Assembly: GCA_003963075.1 (NCBI GenBank)
Contig: RXJV01000016.1
Span: 140 to 64,139, forward strand
Length of the DNA: 64,000 nt
Direction: 5' to 3'
Source: Burkholderiales bacterium
GTDB lineage: Bacteria > Pseudomonadota > Gammaproteobacteria > Burkholderiales > Burkholderiaceae_C
The notes beneath the pieces are model-generated. The model ran no database searches. It was given only the letters and a program-made list of their open reading frames with translations, and was not told where the DNA came from. Positions 1 through 12,623 of this stretch are shown here, one piece after another. The position numbers and the translations under genes were made by a program. Each line of letters opens with the position of its first letter. Positions within the stretch are counted from its first letter, which is position 1.

Positions 1-1732
<1,732 letters not shown>

Positions 1733-1796
1733 GGCTAGAAGCAGGGTGCGGTTCGCCGCAGCGCACAGCAGCGTGGCCGCGACGACGCACCTCGAC

Positions 1797-1829
1797 TGAA
1801 GGCCGGTCCTCATCCGGCCTTCATTTTTT
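1797..1829 (+). terminator. Rho-independent terminator after rpoD
   Basis: 10-bp stem TGAAGGCCGG/CCGGCCTTCA, 7-nt loop, followed by TTTTTT. Confidence 0.85.
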
Positions 1830-1848
1830 GCGCCCTAAACTTGAGTCC

Positions 1849-2817
1849 ATGACCGCGATTCGCGAGCGCACCGTCCTCTTCGCCGACCTGCGTGGCAGCA
1901 CGGGCCTCTACGAGTCCCTGGGCAATGCCGAGGCAAGCGGCCTGGTCACGCAAACGGTCAGCCAGATCAGCGAGGCCGTGCTGGAGAGCGGCGGCCACCT
2001 GATCAAGACGCTGGGCGACGGCCTGATGGCCGCTTTCGAAACGCCGCGAGACGGCGTGCGTGCCGCCCAGCGCATGCAAGACATGCTGGAGCGCACCGTG
2101 CAGCGTGCCCGGCGCCTCAATAACCCTGCAATGCTGGCGCTGCGGCTGCAGGTGGCACTCGCGCGCGGCGAGGTGGTCGAGCTCAATGGCGACTGTTTCG
2201 GCGACGCTGTTAATGTGGCGGCGCGTCTGATCGACCACGCCGGCGATGGCGAAATCCTGATCACCGCCGAAGTGCTCGGCGGCCTGCACCACGCCTCCAA
2301 GGGGCGCTTTCGCAGCCTCGACCGCATCTCGGTGCGTGGCCGCATCGAGCCGGTCCATGTCTACCGCATGGATGCCGCGCCGCTCGCCGCGGCCGACTCG
2401 GCCGCAACCCAGTTCGGCGAGCCGATGCGTTCGACCGAGCCCGATGGCATGCGGCTGGTCTGGGGTGACCTGGACCGCGTCTTCGACATCCTCAACATGC
2501 CGGTCGTGCTCGGCCGCAGCGTGCAGGCCACCTACTGCATCACCGATGCGCGCGTGTCACGCTCGCATGCCCGCATCGATTGGCAGGGCAGCAGCTTCGA
2601 GCTGACGGATCTGTCGTACAACGGGACTTATGTGCGCTTTGGCGACTCGGGCGAACTGCTCAGCCTCAAGCGTGGCAACTGCACGCTGCACGGCAGCGGC
2701 ACTATCGGCCTGGGCGGCCCGCCCGGCGAGCAGCAGTCGCCCAGCGTGCGCTTCGAGGTGCTGCATTTCGCCGACACCGAGCCCCAGCCCTTCGGCGGCC
2801 CGCGCTCGCGGCGCTGA
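1849..2817 (+). CDS. Class III adenylate/guanylate cyclase with C-terminal FHA domain
   Basis: TVLFADLRGST, IKTLGDGLMAAF and GDCFGDAVNVAARL cyclase motifs; FHA motifs LGRS, VSRSHARI, DLSYNGTYV; ATG 1849 chosen over the ORF-track start. Confidence 0.9.
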   Translation: MTAIRERTVLFADLRGSTGLYESLGNAEASGLVTQTVSQISEAVLESGGHLIKTLGDGLMAAFETPRDGVRAAQRMQDMLERTVQRARRLNNPAMLALRLQVALARGEVVELNGDCFGDAVNVAARLIDHAGDGEILITAEVLGGLHHASKGRFRSLDRISVRGRIEPVHVYRMDAAPLAAADSAATQFGEPMRSTEPDGMRLVWGDLDRVFDILNMPVVLGRSVQATYCITDARVSRSHARIDWQGSSFELTDLSYNGTYVRFGDSGELLSLKRGNCTLHGSGTIGLGGPPGEQQSPSVRFEVLHFADTEPQPFGGPRSRR

Positions 2818-2833
2818 CCCTTTTCCCAACCCG

Positions 2834-3943
2834 ATGCCCCCCTTCCTACCCGAACCGCCGCAGCGCCACGGCGCTGCACCCGTTGGCCCGCTAGCGACCG
2901 ACGTCGCCGTGCTGCTGTGCAACCTCGGCACACCCGAGGCGCCGACTGCTGCCGCCCTGCGCCGCTACCTGGCCCAGTTCCTCGCCGACCCGCGCGTCGT
3001 CGAGATCCCCAAGCTGGTCTGGGCCTTCATCCTGCACGGCATCATCCTGCGCGTACGGCCGGCCAAGTCGGCCGCCAAGTACGCGACCGTCTGGACGCCC
3101 GAGGGCTCGCCGCTCAAGGTCTGGACCGAGAAGCAGGCCAAGCTGCTGCAGGGGTTGCTGGGCGAGCGCGGCCACCGGGTGCGCGTGGCCTATGCGATGC
3201 GCTACGGCCAGCCGGCCATCGCCGCGCAGCTGGACGCCCTCAAGCGCGAAGGCGTGCGCCGCGTGCTGGTGCTGCCGGCCTACCCGCAGTACTCCGGCGC
3301 TACCACCGCCAGCGTCATCGACGACGTGGCCCGCTGGGCACTGCAGACCCGCCACCTGCCCGAATTGCGCTTCATCAACCGCTACCATGACGACCCCGCC
3401 TACATTGCCGCGCTGGCCCAGACCGTGCGCGAGCACTGGCAGCGCGAGGGGCGCACCGAGAAGCTCGTGATGAGCTTTCATGGCATGCCCGAACGCACGC
3501 TGCATCTCGGCGACCCCTACCACTGCGAATGCCTGAAGACCGGGCGGCTGCTGGCCGAGGCGCTCGGCTTGCAGGGCGGTGAATGGCTGGTGACCTTCCA
3601 GAGCCGGTTCGGCAAGGCCAAGTGGCTGGAGCCCTATACCGAGCCCAGCCTGGTCGCGCTGGCCCAGGGTGGCTGCAAGTCGGTGGACCTCATCTGCCCG
3701 GGCTTCTCGGCCGACTGCCTGGAAACGCTGGAGGAGATCAACCAGGAAGCCCGCGAAGCCTTTTTGCACGCCGGCGGACAGCGCTTCGGCTACATCCCCT
3801 GCCTGAACGACCATCCGGCCGGCATCCGCGCGCTGGCCTCAATCGCCGAGCGCCACCTGCAGGGCTGGCCCACGGCCTTGCCCGACCCGACCGAGCTGGC
3901 CCGGCAACGGGAGCGCGCCTTGGCCGCGGGAGCACCGCAGTGA
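2834..3943 (+). CDS. hemH: Ferrochelatase
   Basis: LLCNLGTPEAP, RYLAQFLADPRVVEIP, SFHGMP, FQSRFG, CPGFSADCLETLEEI; start MPPFLPEP at 2834. Confidence 0.96.
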   Translation: MPPFLPEPPQRHGAAPVGPLATDVAVLLCNLGTPEAPTAAALRRYLAQFLADPRVVEIPKLVWAFILHGIILRVRPAKSAAKYATVWTPEGSPLKVWTEKQAKLLQGLLGERGHRVRVAYAMRYGQPAIAAQLDALKREGVRRVLVLPAYPQYSGATTASVIDDVARWALQTRHLPELRFINRYHDDPAYIAALAQTVREHWQREGRTEKLVMSFHGMPERTLHLGDPYHCECLKTGRLLAEALGLQGGEWLVTFQSRFGKAKWLEPYTEPSLVALAQGGCKSVDLICPGFSADCLETLEEINQEAREAFLHAGGQRFGYIPCLNDHPAGIRALASIAERHLQGWPTALPDPTELARQRERALAAGAPQ

Positions 3944-4362
3944 GCGAAGCGCTGGCCAGCATGCGGCTGGACAAATGGCTCTGGGCGGCACGCTTCTACA
4001 AGACCCGTGCGCTGGCGGTGGACGAGATCAACCTGGGCCGGGTCCGCGTGAGCGGCCAGCCGGTCAAGCCGGCGCGCGATGTGCGCGTGGGCGATGTCTT
4101 GAGCATCCGCATCGGTGGGGTGAGCCGCGAGATCGAGGTGCGCGGCCTGTCGAACCAACGGGGCCCGGCGCCACAGGCGCAATTGCTCTATGCCGAGACG
4201 GCGGCCAGCATCACCGCCCGGGAGGCCGCGGCCGAGGCGAGGCGGCTGGCGCCTGAGCCGGCCGCCACCATCGTTCAGGGCCGCCCGACCAAGCAGGACC
4301 GGCGACGCCTGGCCGAGTGGGACCGCTGGTCGGTCTCGATCGACGACATCTCTCCGGGTTGA
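3940..4362 (+). CDS. hslR: RNA-binding S4-domain heat-shock protein Hsp15
   Basis: MRLDKWLWAARFYKTRALA, GRPTKQDRR; GTGA overlap with the hemH stop. Confidence 0.92.
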   Translation: MSEALASMRLDKWLWAARFYKTRALAVDEINLGRVRVSGQPVKPARDVRVGDVLSIRIGGVSREIEVRGLSNQRGPAPQAQLLYAETAASITAREAAAEARRLAPEPAATIVQGRPTKQDRRRLAEWDRWSVSIDDISPG

Positions 4363-4389
4363 CCCGGATCCACCCTCGCCATCTCCCCT

Positions 4390-4417
4390 CTTGAAACCGG
4401 GACATCGCGCCCCATAT
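4390..4417 (+). promoter_or_regulatory. Sigma-32 (RpoH) promoter of grpE
   Basis: CTTGAA-N14-CCCCATAT, a near-perfect heat-shock promoter consensus 25 nt upstream of the grpE ATG. Confidence 0.85.
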
Positions 4418-4442
4418 CCGCGCGGTTCCGAACCTATCTGCC

Positions 4443-4979
4443 ATGACGACCGATACCCCCACGCCCGAAGACGCGGCCGGCACCGCCCCCGAACCGACGG
4501 CCGCCGAGCTGAACCCCGAGACCCTGCTGGCCGAGCTGGAAGGCCAGAAACAACGCCTCGCCGAGATGAGCGACGCCTACCTGCGCGCCAAGGCCGAGGT
4601 CGAAAATGTGCGCCGCCGCGCCGATGAGGACATCAGCAAGGCCCGCAAGTTCGCGGTCGAGAGCTTCGCCGAGGCCATGCTGCCCATCATGGACAGCCTG
4701 GAAGCCGCCATCGCCACGCCGAACGCAAGCGTCGAGACCGTGCTGGAAGGCGTGCACGCCACCCGCCGTCAGCTCGCCAGCGCACTCGAGCGCAACAAGG
4801 TGATCGAGATCAACCCCGGCCAGGGCACCAAGTTCGATCCGCACCAGCACCAGGCGATCTCGGTCGTACCGGCGCCCACGCAGGACGCCAACACCGTCGT
4901 CACCGTGCTGCAGAAGGGCTTTCTGATCGCCGACCGGGTGCTGCGGCCGGCCCTGGTCACCGTTTCCGCACCCAAGTAA
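4443..4979 (+). CDS. grpE: Nucleotide exchange factor GrpE
   Basis: [43 protein letters not shown]. Confidence 0.98.
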   Translation: MTTDTPTPEDAAGTAPEPTAAELNPETLLAELEGQKQRLAEMSDAYLRAKAEVENVRRRADEDISKARKFAVESFAEAMLPIMDSLEAAIATPNASVETVLEGVHATRRQLASALERNKVIEINPGQGTKFDPHQHQAISVVPAPTQDANTVVTVLQKGFLIADRVLRPALVTVSAPK

Positions 4980-4996
4980 TTCACAGCTCGCCGTCT

Positions 4997-5024
4997 CTTG
5001 AAGACGGCGAAGTTATCCACAAAT
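4997..5024 (+). promoter_or_regulatory. Sigma-32-type promoter of dnaK
   Basis: CTTGAA-N14-CCACAAAT (same spacing as the grpE promoter, two mismatches in the -10); the -35 lies in the loop of a 9-bp inverted repeat at 4988-5010. Confidence 0.6.
5013..5021 (+). promoter_or_regulatory. Perfect DnaA box overlapping the dnaK promoter
   Basis: TTATCCACA, exact consensus; function not demonstrated. Confidence 0.45.
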
Positions 5025-5061
5025 CGAACAGCATCCACGCATTCTCTTCAGGAGCAAAAAA

Positions 5062-7014
<1,953 letters not shown>

Positions 7015-7029
7015 GTCCCGCACGAACCC

Positions 7030-7067
7030 AGCCCGGGACCGCATGGCGCGCCCGGGCTTTTGTTTTT
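7030..7067 (+). terminator. Rho-independent terminator/attenuator between dnaK and dnaJ
   Basis: AGCCCGGG/CCCGGGCT stem followed by TTTGTTTTT. Confidence 0.7.
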
Positions 7068-7081
7068 GAAAGAGGGTCCGG

Positions 7082-8233
7082 ATGGCCTCCAAACGCGATT
7101 ACTACGAAGTCCTCGGCGTCGCCAAGAACGCGACGGAAGACGACATCAAGAAGGCTTACCGCAAGCTGGCGATGAAGTACCACCCCGACCGCAACCAGGG
7201 CGACGGGGCGAAGAAGGCCGAGGAGCAGTTCAAGGAGGCCAAGGAGGCCTACGAGATGCTGTCCGACGCGCAAAAGCGCGTGGCCTATGACCAGTACGGC
7301 CATGCCGGCGTCGACCCCAACATGGGCGCCGGGCGGGGAGGCCCCGGTGCGGAAGGCTTCGGCGGCTTCGCCGAGGCCTTCGGCGACATCTTTGGAGACA
7401 TCTTCGGCGGGGCTGCCGGTGCGCGGCGTGGTGCGGCCGGCCAGCAGGTCTACCGTGGCAGCGACCTCAGTTACGCGATGGAAATCACGCTCGAGGAAGC
7501 TGCCCGCGGCAAGGAAACGCAGATCCGCATCCCGAGCTGGGAAGGCTGCGAGACCTGCGGCGGCACGGGTGCCAAGCCCGGCACCAGCGCCAAGACCTGC
7601 GGCTCCTGCGGCGGCTCCGGCACGGTGCACATGCGCCAGGGCTTCTTCAGCATCCAGCAGACCTGCCCGCACTGCCACGGCAGCGGCAAGATCATTCCCG
7701 ACCCCTGCATGGCCTGCAACGGCCAGGGCAAGGTCAAGAAGACCAAGACGCTGGAGGTCAAGATCCCGGCCGGCATCAACGAGGGCATGCGCATCCGCTC
7801 CGCGGGCAATGGCGAGCCCGGCGTCAACGGCGGGCCGAGCGGCGATCTCTACATCGAGATCCGGATCAAGCAGCACGACATCTTCGAGCGCGATGGCGAC
7901 GACCTGCACTGCACGATGCCGGTGTCGATGATCACCGCGGCGCTGGGCGGCACGATCGAGGTGCCGACGCTGGGTGGCAAGGCCGAAATCGAGTTGCCCG
8001 AGGGCAGCCAGCATGGCAAGACCTTCCGGCTGCGTGGCAAGGGCATCAAGGGCGTGCGGTCAAGCTACCCCGGCGACCTGTACTGCCACATTGCCGTCGA
8101 GACGCCGGTCAAGCTCACCGAGCACCAGCGCAAGCTGCTCAAGGAGCTCGACAAGAGCCTGCGGGACGGAGGCGACCGCCACTCGCCCAATGCGAAGAGC
8201 TGGACCGATCGCGTCAAAGACCTGTTCAAGTAG
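7082..8233 (+). CDS. dnaJ: Chaperone DnaJ
   Basis: J-domain HPD, G/F region with DIF repeats, four CxxCxGxG zinc-finger repeats. Confidence 0.99.
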   Translation: MASKRDYYEVLGVAKNATEDDIKKAYRKLAMKYHPDRNQGDGAKKAEEQFKEAKEAYEMLSDAQKRVAYDQYGHAGVDPNMGAGRGGPGAEGFGGFAEAFGDIFGDIFGGAAGARRGAAGQQVYRGSDLSYAMEITLEEAARGKETQIRIPSWEGCETCGGTGAKPGTSAKTCGSCGGSGTVHMRQGFFSIQQTCPHCHGSGKIIPDPCMACNGQGKVKKTKTLEVKIPAGINEGMRIRSAGNGEPGVNGGPSGDLYIEIRIKQHDIFERDGDDLHCTMPVSMITAALGGTIEVPTLGGKAEIELPEGSQHGKTFRLRGKGIKGVRSSYPGDLYCHIAVETPVKLTEHQRKLLKELDKSLRDGGDRHSPNAKSWTDRVKDLFK

Positions 8234-8395
8234 AGCGCGGCACCGCGCCCACACGGCAGCGCTGGCAGCGCTCGGGCCGACGCTGTGGCTATGGCCTGAC
8301 AGCGCTGCGCGCACGCCGGAGCGGGCTGCGCCTTAAATCACGCCACGCGCCGGCAGCGCGGGGAAAACATCTCACATCCCGGAACGCAAAACCTC

Positions 8396-8423
8396 TAAAG
8401 TGAATCGACTGTCACGCTGATAA
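8396..8423 (+). promoter_or_regulatory. Possible sigma-28 (FliA)-type promoter
   Basis: TAAA-N16-GCTGATAA versus consensus TAAA-N15-GCCGATAA; one mismatch and spacing off by one. Confidence 0.3.
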
Positions 8424-8492
8424 CCCATAAGTGATCGCTTCATCGACCGCCACGCTCATAGCGCGCCGCCTTGCACGGCCCAGGGGTTGGTC

Positions 8493-10133
8493 ATGTTTTT
8501 GATGGACGACACCATTCAGGACGCAACGGCGCTGATCATCGACAGCAACGCCAATTCGCGCAGCCTGATGTCGGCCCAGCTGCGCGATCTCGGTGTGGGT
8601 ACCGTGCGCCAGACGCCCCGCGTCAAGGACGCGCGCGTGATGCTGGAGCATCAGACCTTCGACATCGTGCTGTGCGATTACCACTTCGATGTCAGCGACA
8701 CCTCGGGTCAGGACCTGCTCGACGAGTTGCGGCGCGAGGGGCTGCTGCCCTATTCCACGGTCTTCTGCATGGTCACCAGCGAGGCCACCTATGCCAAGGT
8801 GGCCGAAGCGGCCGAAGCTGCGCTGGACGCCTACCTGATCAAGCCCTACACCAGCGCCAACCTCGCCGAGCGGCTGGCAAGTGCCCGCCTGCGCAAGCGC
8901 GTGCTCAGGGACATCTTCGAGGCGATCGAAAACCAGGACTTTGAGACCGCGGCCAACCTCTGCCTGGCTCGCTTCGAGGCCAAGGGCAAATACTGGCTCT
9001 ACGCGGCGCGCATCGGCGCCGAGCTGCTGCTCAGGCTCAAGCGCTATGACGACGCGCGCAGCCTGTACGAAGCCATCATCGCCGCCAAGACCGTCCCGTG
9101 GGCGCGGCTGGGCGTTGCGCGCACCGAGCTCGGCAGCGGCAAGCTGCAGGCGGCAAGACGCACGCTGGAAAACCTGATCGGCGAGCTGCCCGATTACGCC
9201 GATTCCTACGACCTGATGGGCCATGTGCAAATGGAACAGGGCGAGCTGCAAGAGGCGCTGAAAACCTATCAGACCGCGGCCACCCTGACCCCGGGATGCC
9301 TGCTGCGCTTGCAGCGTTGCGGCACGCTGGGCTTTTACGCCGGCCAGCGCAGCGAAGCGCTCAAGATGCTGGAGCGGGCCATGTCGCTGGGCCTGCGCTC
9401 CAAGCTGTTCGACATGCTCAGCCTGGTGCTGATCGGCTTGCTGCGCTTCGATGCCAAGGACTTCAAGGGCTTCAAGTACGCCCACGATGCGCTGTCGGCC
9501 GCGATCGAGCGCGCACCGGGTTCCGTTCGTTTGCGGCGCTTCGCCCTGGTCTTCCGCGGCCTCTCCTACCTGCTCGACCGCCGCGTCGGCCAGGCCCTCG
9601 TGGTCGCGCGCGAGTTGAGCGAGGACGCTGACTCGGGTGACTTTGACCTCGAGGCATCGTCGCTGCTGACCGCGCTGTGGATCCGCCTGTCCAGCCAGGA
9701 GGTCGAACTCGAGGAGATGTTGCCCATCCTGCGCGAGTTGGGCGTGCGTCACTGCACGACCAAGGCCAGCACCGAGATCCTCGTCGCGATGACCGAGGGG
9801 CATTTGGGCGCGGCCGAGCAGTACCGCGGCTGCCATCACCAGATCTTCAACGTCGCGGAGACGGCCATGCGCTATGCGATGCGCGGCAGCGCCAAGGCCG
9901 CCGTCGAACTGCTGATCCAGCAGGGCGAAATCACGCGCAACGCCAAGCTCATCGACATGGCGGGCCTGGTGCTCAAGCGCCATGCCGAGAAGATCGACGG
10001 CGAGGCCGAGCTGACGCAGCGCATCGAGGCGCTGCATGGCCGCTATGTGAAGCCGATGGCCGGCGGCCCGACCAAGGCGTCGCGTGCCACCGGCGGCGTG
10101 GCCTTGCGAACCGCTGCGACGGCGCCCGCCTGA
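8493..10133 (+). CDS. Response regulator: CheY-like receiver followed by a TPR-like helical domain, no DNA-binding output
   Basis: IIDSN, IVLCDY (phospho-Asp), VTSE, LIKPY receiver motifs; amphipathic A/L-rich repeats such as ARSLYEAII and ALKTYQTAATLTP. Confidence 0.8.
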   Translation: MFLMDDTIQDATALIIDSNANSRSLMSAQLRDLGVGTVRQTPRVKDARVMLEHQTFDIVLCDYHFDVSDTSGQDLLDELRREGLLPYSTVFCMVTSEATYAKVAEAAEAALDAYLIKPYTSANLAERLASARLRKRVLRDIFEAIENQDFETAANLCLARFEAKGKYWLYAARIGAELLLRLKRYDDARSLYEAIIAAKTVPWARLGVARTELGSGKLQAARRTLENLIGELPDYADSYDLMGHVQMEQGELQEALKTYQTAATLTPGCLLRLQRCGTLGFYAGQRSEALKMLERAMSLGLRSKLFDMLSLVLIGLLRFDAKDFKGFKYAHDALSAAIERAPGSVRLRRFALVFRGLSYLLDRRVGQALVVARELSEDADSGDFDLEASSLLTALWIRLSSQEVELEEMLPILRELGVRHCTTKASTEILVAMTEGHLGAAEQYRGCHHQIFNVAETAMRYAMRGSAKAAVELLIQQGEITRNAKLIDMAGLVLKRHAEKIDGEAELTQRIEALHGRYVKPMAGGPTKASRATGGVALRTAATAPA

Positions 10134-10206
10134 GGCGCCGCGCCCACGGCTGACGAACGCCGCACCGAGGCCCAGGGCCGGATCTGCGGGCGACCGGCTG
10201 CCCGTT

Positions 10207-11292
10207 CTAGAACAGTTGGCCTTGTGCTGGCGGCGGCATGCGGTTTGGCCGCCGGAACAGGCCCAGTTCGACCGGCCGCCGCTCGGTGCGCATGCCGTGC
10301 TTGCGCGTGGCGCGCTGCAAACGAGCGCGCAGCAGCTCGGCCCAGACGCCCTCGCCGGTGAAGCGCGTGCCGAAGCGAGCATCGTTGTCCCGCCCGCCCC
10401 GCATCTCCCTCACGCGCGCCATCACCCGCGCGGCGCGGTCCGGGAAATGGCGTTGCAACCAGTCCTGAAACAGCGGGTTCACCTCCCAGGGCAGGCGCAA
10501 GGGAATGCTGAAGGCGCTGCTCGCACCTGCCGCAGCGGCGGCCTCGACGATGCGTTCCAGCTCGGGCTCGTTGATGAAGGGAATGACCGGCGAGATGCTC
10601 ACGCCCACCGGAACACGCGCCTCGGCGAGGGCCTGGATCGTGCGCAGCCGCCGCGCCGGCGCCGCCGCGCGCGGCTCCAGGATGCGCGCGAGCTCGTGGT
10701 CCAGCGTCGTCACGGACAGGTAGACCGACACCAGGCCCTGCGCCGCCATCGGCGCGATCAGGTCCAGCTCGCGCTCGATGCCCGAGGACTTGGTGACGAC
10801 GGAGAACGGGTGCCGGGCCTCGGCCAGCACTTCGACGACACCCCGTGTGATGCCCAGCCGCCTTTCCACCGGCTGGTAGGCATCGGTCGCCGTGCCCAGC
10901 ACCAGCGAGCGCGGCACATAACGCGGACTGGCGAGCGTCTCGCGTAGCCGCTCGGCCGCATTGACCTTGGCGATGATGCGCGTCTCGAAATCGAGGCCGG
11001 GCGACAGGTTCAGGTAGCTGTGCGTGGGCCGCGCGAAGCAGTAGATGCAGCCATGCTCGCAGCCCCGGTAGGGATTGATGGAGTAGTCGAAGCTGATATC
11101 CGGCGACTGGTTGCTAGTGACGATTGCCCTGGCCTGCTCCTCGATGATGTGGGTCGCGGGCGCCAGCCGCTCCTCGGCGGCCTGCTGCTCGAGCGTGCCC
11201 CAGCCATCGTCGACCTGCTCCCGCCGCCGCTGCGTGAAGCGGTGCGGCATTGCGCTCGCACTGCCGCGGCCCTTGATCGACTCCAGAGGCAC
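10207..11292 (-). CDS. PA0069/Rv2578c-family radical SAM protein (spore photoproduct lyase-like)
   Basis: IKGRGSAS N-terminus, NPYRGCEHGCIYCFARPTH (CxxxCxxC), LGTATDAYQP, C-terminal QGQLF; start placed at GTG 11292, downstream of the LexA box. Confidence 0.9.
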   Translation of the reverse strand: MPLESIKGRGSASAMPHRFTQRRREQVDDGWGTLEQQAAEERLAPATHIIEEQARAIVTSNQSPDISFDYSINPYRGCEHGCIYCFARPTHSYLNLSPGLDFETRIIAKVNAAERLRETLASPRYVPRSLVLGTATDAYQPVERRLGITRGVVEVLAEARHPFSVVTKSSGIERELDLIAPMAAQGLVSVYLSVTTLDHELARILEPRAAAPARRLRTIQALAEARVPVGVSISPVIPFINEPELERIVEAAAAAGASSAFSIPLRLPWEVNPLFQDWLQRHFPDRAARVMARVREMRGGRDNDARFGTRFTGEGVWAELLRARLQRATRKHGMRTERRPVELGLFRRPNRMPPPAQGQLF

Positions 11293-11335
11293 CAGGCTGG
11301 GCTGAGCAGGCGCGATGAGCGCGGGCGGTTTAATA

Positions 11336-11351
11336 CTGTAAATATATACAG
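11336..11351. promoter_or_regulatory. LexA (SOS) box
   Basis: CTGT-AAATATAT-ACAG, perfect CTGT-N8-ACAG with an AT-rich spacer in otherwise GC-rich DNA, upstream of the radical SAM gene. Confidence 0.85.
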
Positions 11352-11510
11352 CTTTTGGCCATTCAGCCAGCCACGCAGCCCGCGTAGGCCGAGGGCCGCG
11401 CCGGCCGCTTGAGCCTTGCGGCACGACGCGCTCAGCCATGCCCTGCCGCTGAGTCGCGAATACCGTGCTGGCCAGGGGCATCGCCGCGCCATGGCGGGCG
11501 AGCCGTGGCC

Positions 11511-11933
11511 CTAGCGAAGCAAACGGCGCGCCTGCTCCAACCCTGGGCTGTCGGGAGCGTCGATGCGCTGGCGCAGCTCGATCAACTGCTCTGTCAACGC
11601 GCGGCCGAGGCTGGTGTGGCCGGCGGCACGGTGCAGAACGGCGAAGGCATGCAACTGACGGGCTTGCTGTTCGATGTCGCGCACGGCCCAGCGGTTGGAG
11701 TCGCCGAGTTGCTCGTAGGCCTTCAGGGCTTGTTCGGCATCGTCGCTACCGGGCTGGGCCTCGGCGAAGGCCGTCAGCAGGGCGAGCGCGCCGCTGAAGT
11801 CGCCGCCGGGTGCCGACATCGTGTGCAGCAGGCCATCCCGGCGCTCGCGGCTGACGGCGATTCTGCCGCCGGCCAAGTCAAGTTGTGCCCGGCGCGCCCG
11901 GGCCTGCTGCCTCAACAGTTCCGTACGTGGCAT
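11511..11933 (-). CDS. Hypothetical all-helical protein (possible TPR-like remnant)
   Basis: 140-codon ORF filling the gap, in-frame stop at 11976-11978 upstream; C-terminus LIELRQRIDAPDSPGLEQARRLL resembles TPR-like tails. Confidence 0.45.
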   Translation of the reverse strand: MPRTELLRQQARARRAQLDLAGGRIAVSRERRDGLLHTMSAPGGDFSGALALLTAFAEAQPGSDDAEQALKAYEQLGDSNRWAVRDIEQQARQLHAFAVLHRAAGHTSLGRALTEQLIELRQRIDAPDSPGLEQARRLLR

Positions 11934-12094
11934 GAATCGCCCCGGGGTTTCCTGGACACCTGGTCGCCGCGTTGACTACGGCGGTATTCCCTCGAGCGTC
12001 GACCGCCGGGCCGTGCTGATTTTCAGCGCAAGCCATCCGGCGCCTCACCCCGCCGTCGCGCCCGGGCCGGTCCCGTCCGATCGGGGCGCCGAGA

Positions 12095-12589
12095 TCAACT
12101 GATGCTGATCAGCAGCGCCGCTTGCAGGATGCGGCAGCGCTGCTCGTCCGGCGGCACCTCGCCGTCCAGCGCGTCGGCCAGAGCGGTGATCGGATGCTCG
12201 GCGGTGGCCAGGCCCGCGAACACCGGGATGCCCGCGCTGCGCGCCAGCCGACCCACCAAGGCGGCCGGCAAATGCTGGCATTCGACCGCGTCGTAGAGCT
12301 GACCGAGCATCCGCGCCGTCTCGTCGATCTCGCGCTCGCTGCTGCGGGCGCTCAGCCCGGGCTGGACCACCGAGACATGCGCGCCAAGCGCCGTGGCGGC
12401 CTGGACGAACTCCAGCGCACTGTGGTCGCCCTTGCACGGCGACAGCAGCGCCAGGCGCTTGCCGCTGAGCAGGCGCACCGAGCCGTCGCCGGCCCCGGCG
12501 AGGGCTCGCGCCTGCCGCATCAGGGCTGCGGCATCCCTGACGTCGGCGAAGTCGGCACCGGCGGCGCCTGGACGAGGTGATGAACACAT
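12095..12589 (-). CDS. Truncated ornithine carbamoyltransferase-like protein (carbamoyl-phosphate domain only, predicted inactive)
   Basis: LSGKRLALL, FVQAATALGAHV, ETARMLGQLYDAV and IPVFAGL..EHPITALAD align with the OTC N-domain; STRT replaced by GDHS; no ornithine domain. Confidence 0.75.
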   Translation of the reverse strand: MCSSPRPGAAGADFADVRDAAALMRQARALAGAGDGSVRLLSGKRLALLSPCKGDHSALEFVQAATALGAHVSVVQPGLSARSSEREIDETARMLGQLYDAVECQHLPAALVGRLARSAGIPVFAGLATAEHPITALADALDGEVPPDEQRCRILQAALLISIS

Positions 12590-12623
12590 GGCGGCGAGCG
12601 TAGCGAAGGCGACGGTGCGCCGT

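Noticed and set aside
1733-1796. Possible structured RNA after rpoD (GCGG-TTCG-CCGC hairpin)
   Set aside because: Only a 4-bp stem; no tRNA or riboswitch features
2818-5061. CIRCE element or hrcA near the heat-shock genes
   Set aside because: No TTAGCACTC-N9-GAGTGCTAA and no hrcA ORF; the sigma-32 promoters suffice
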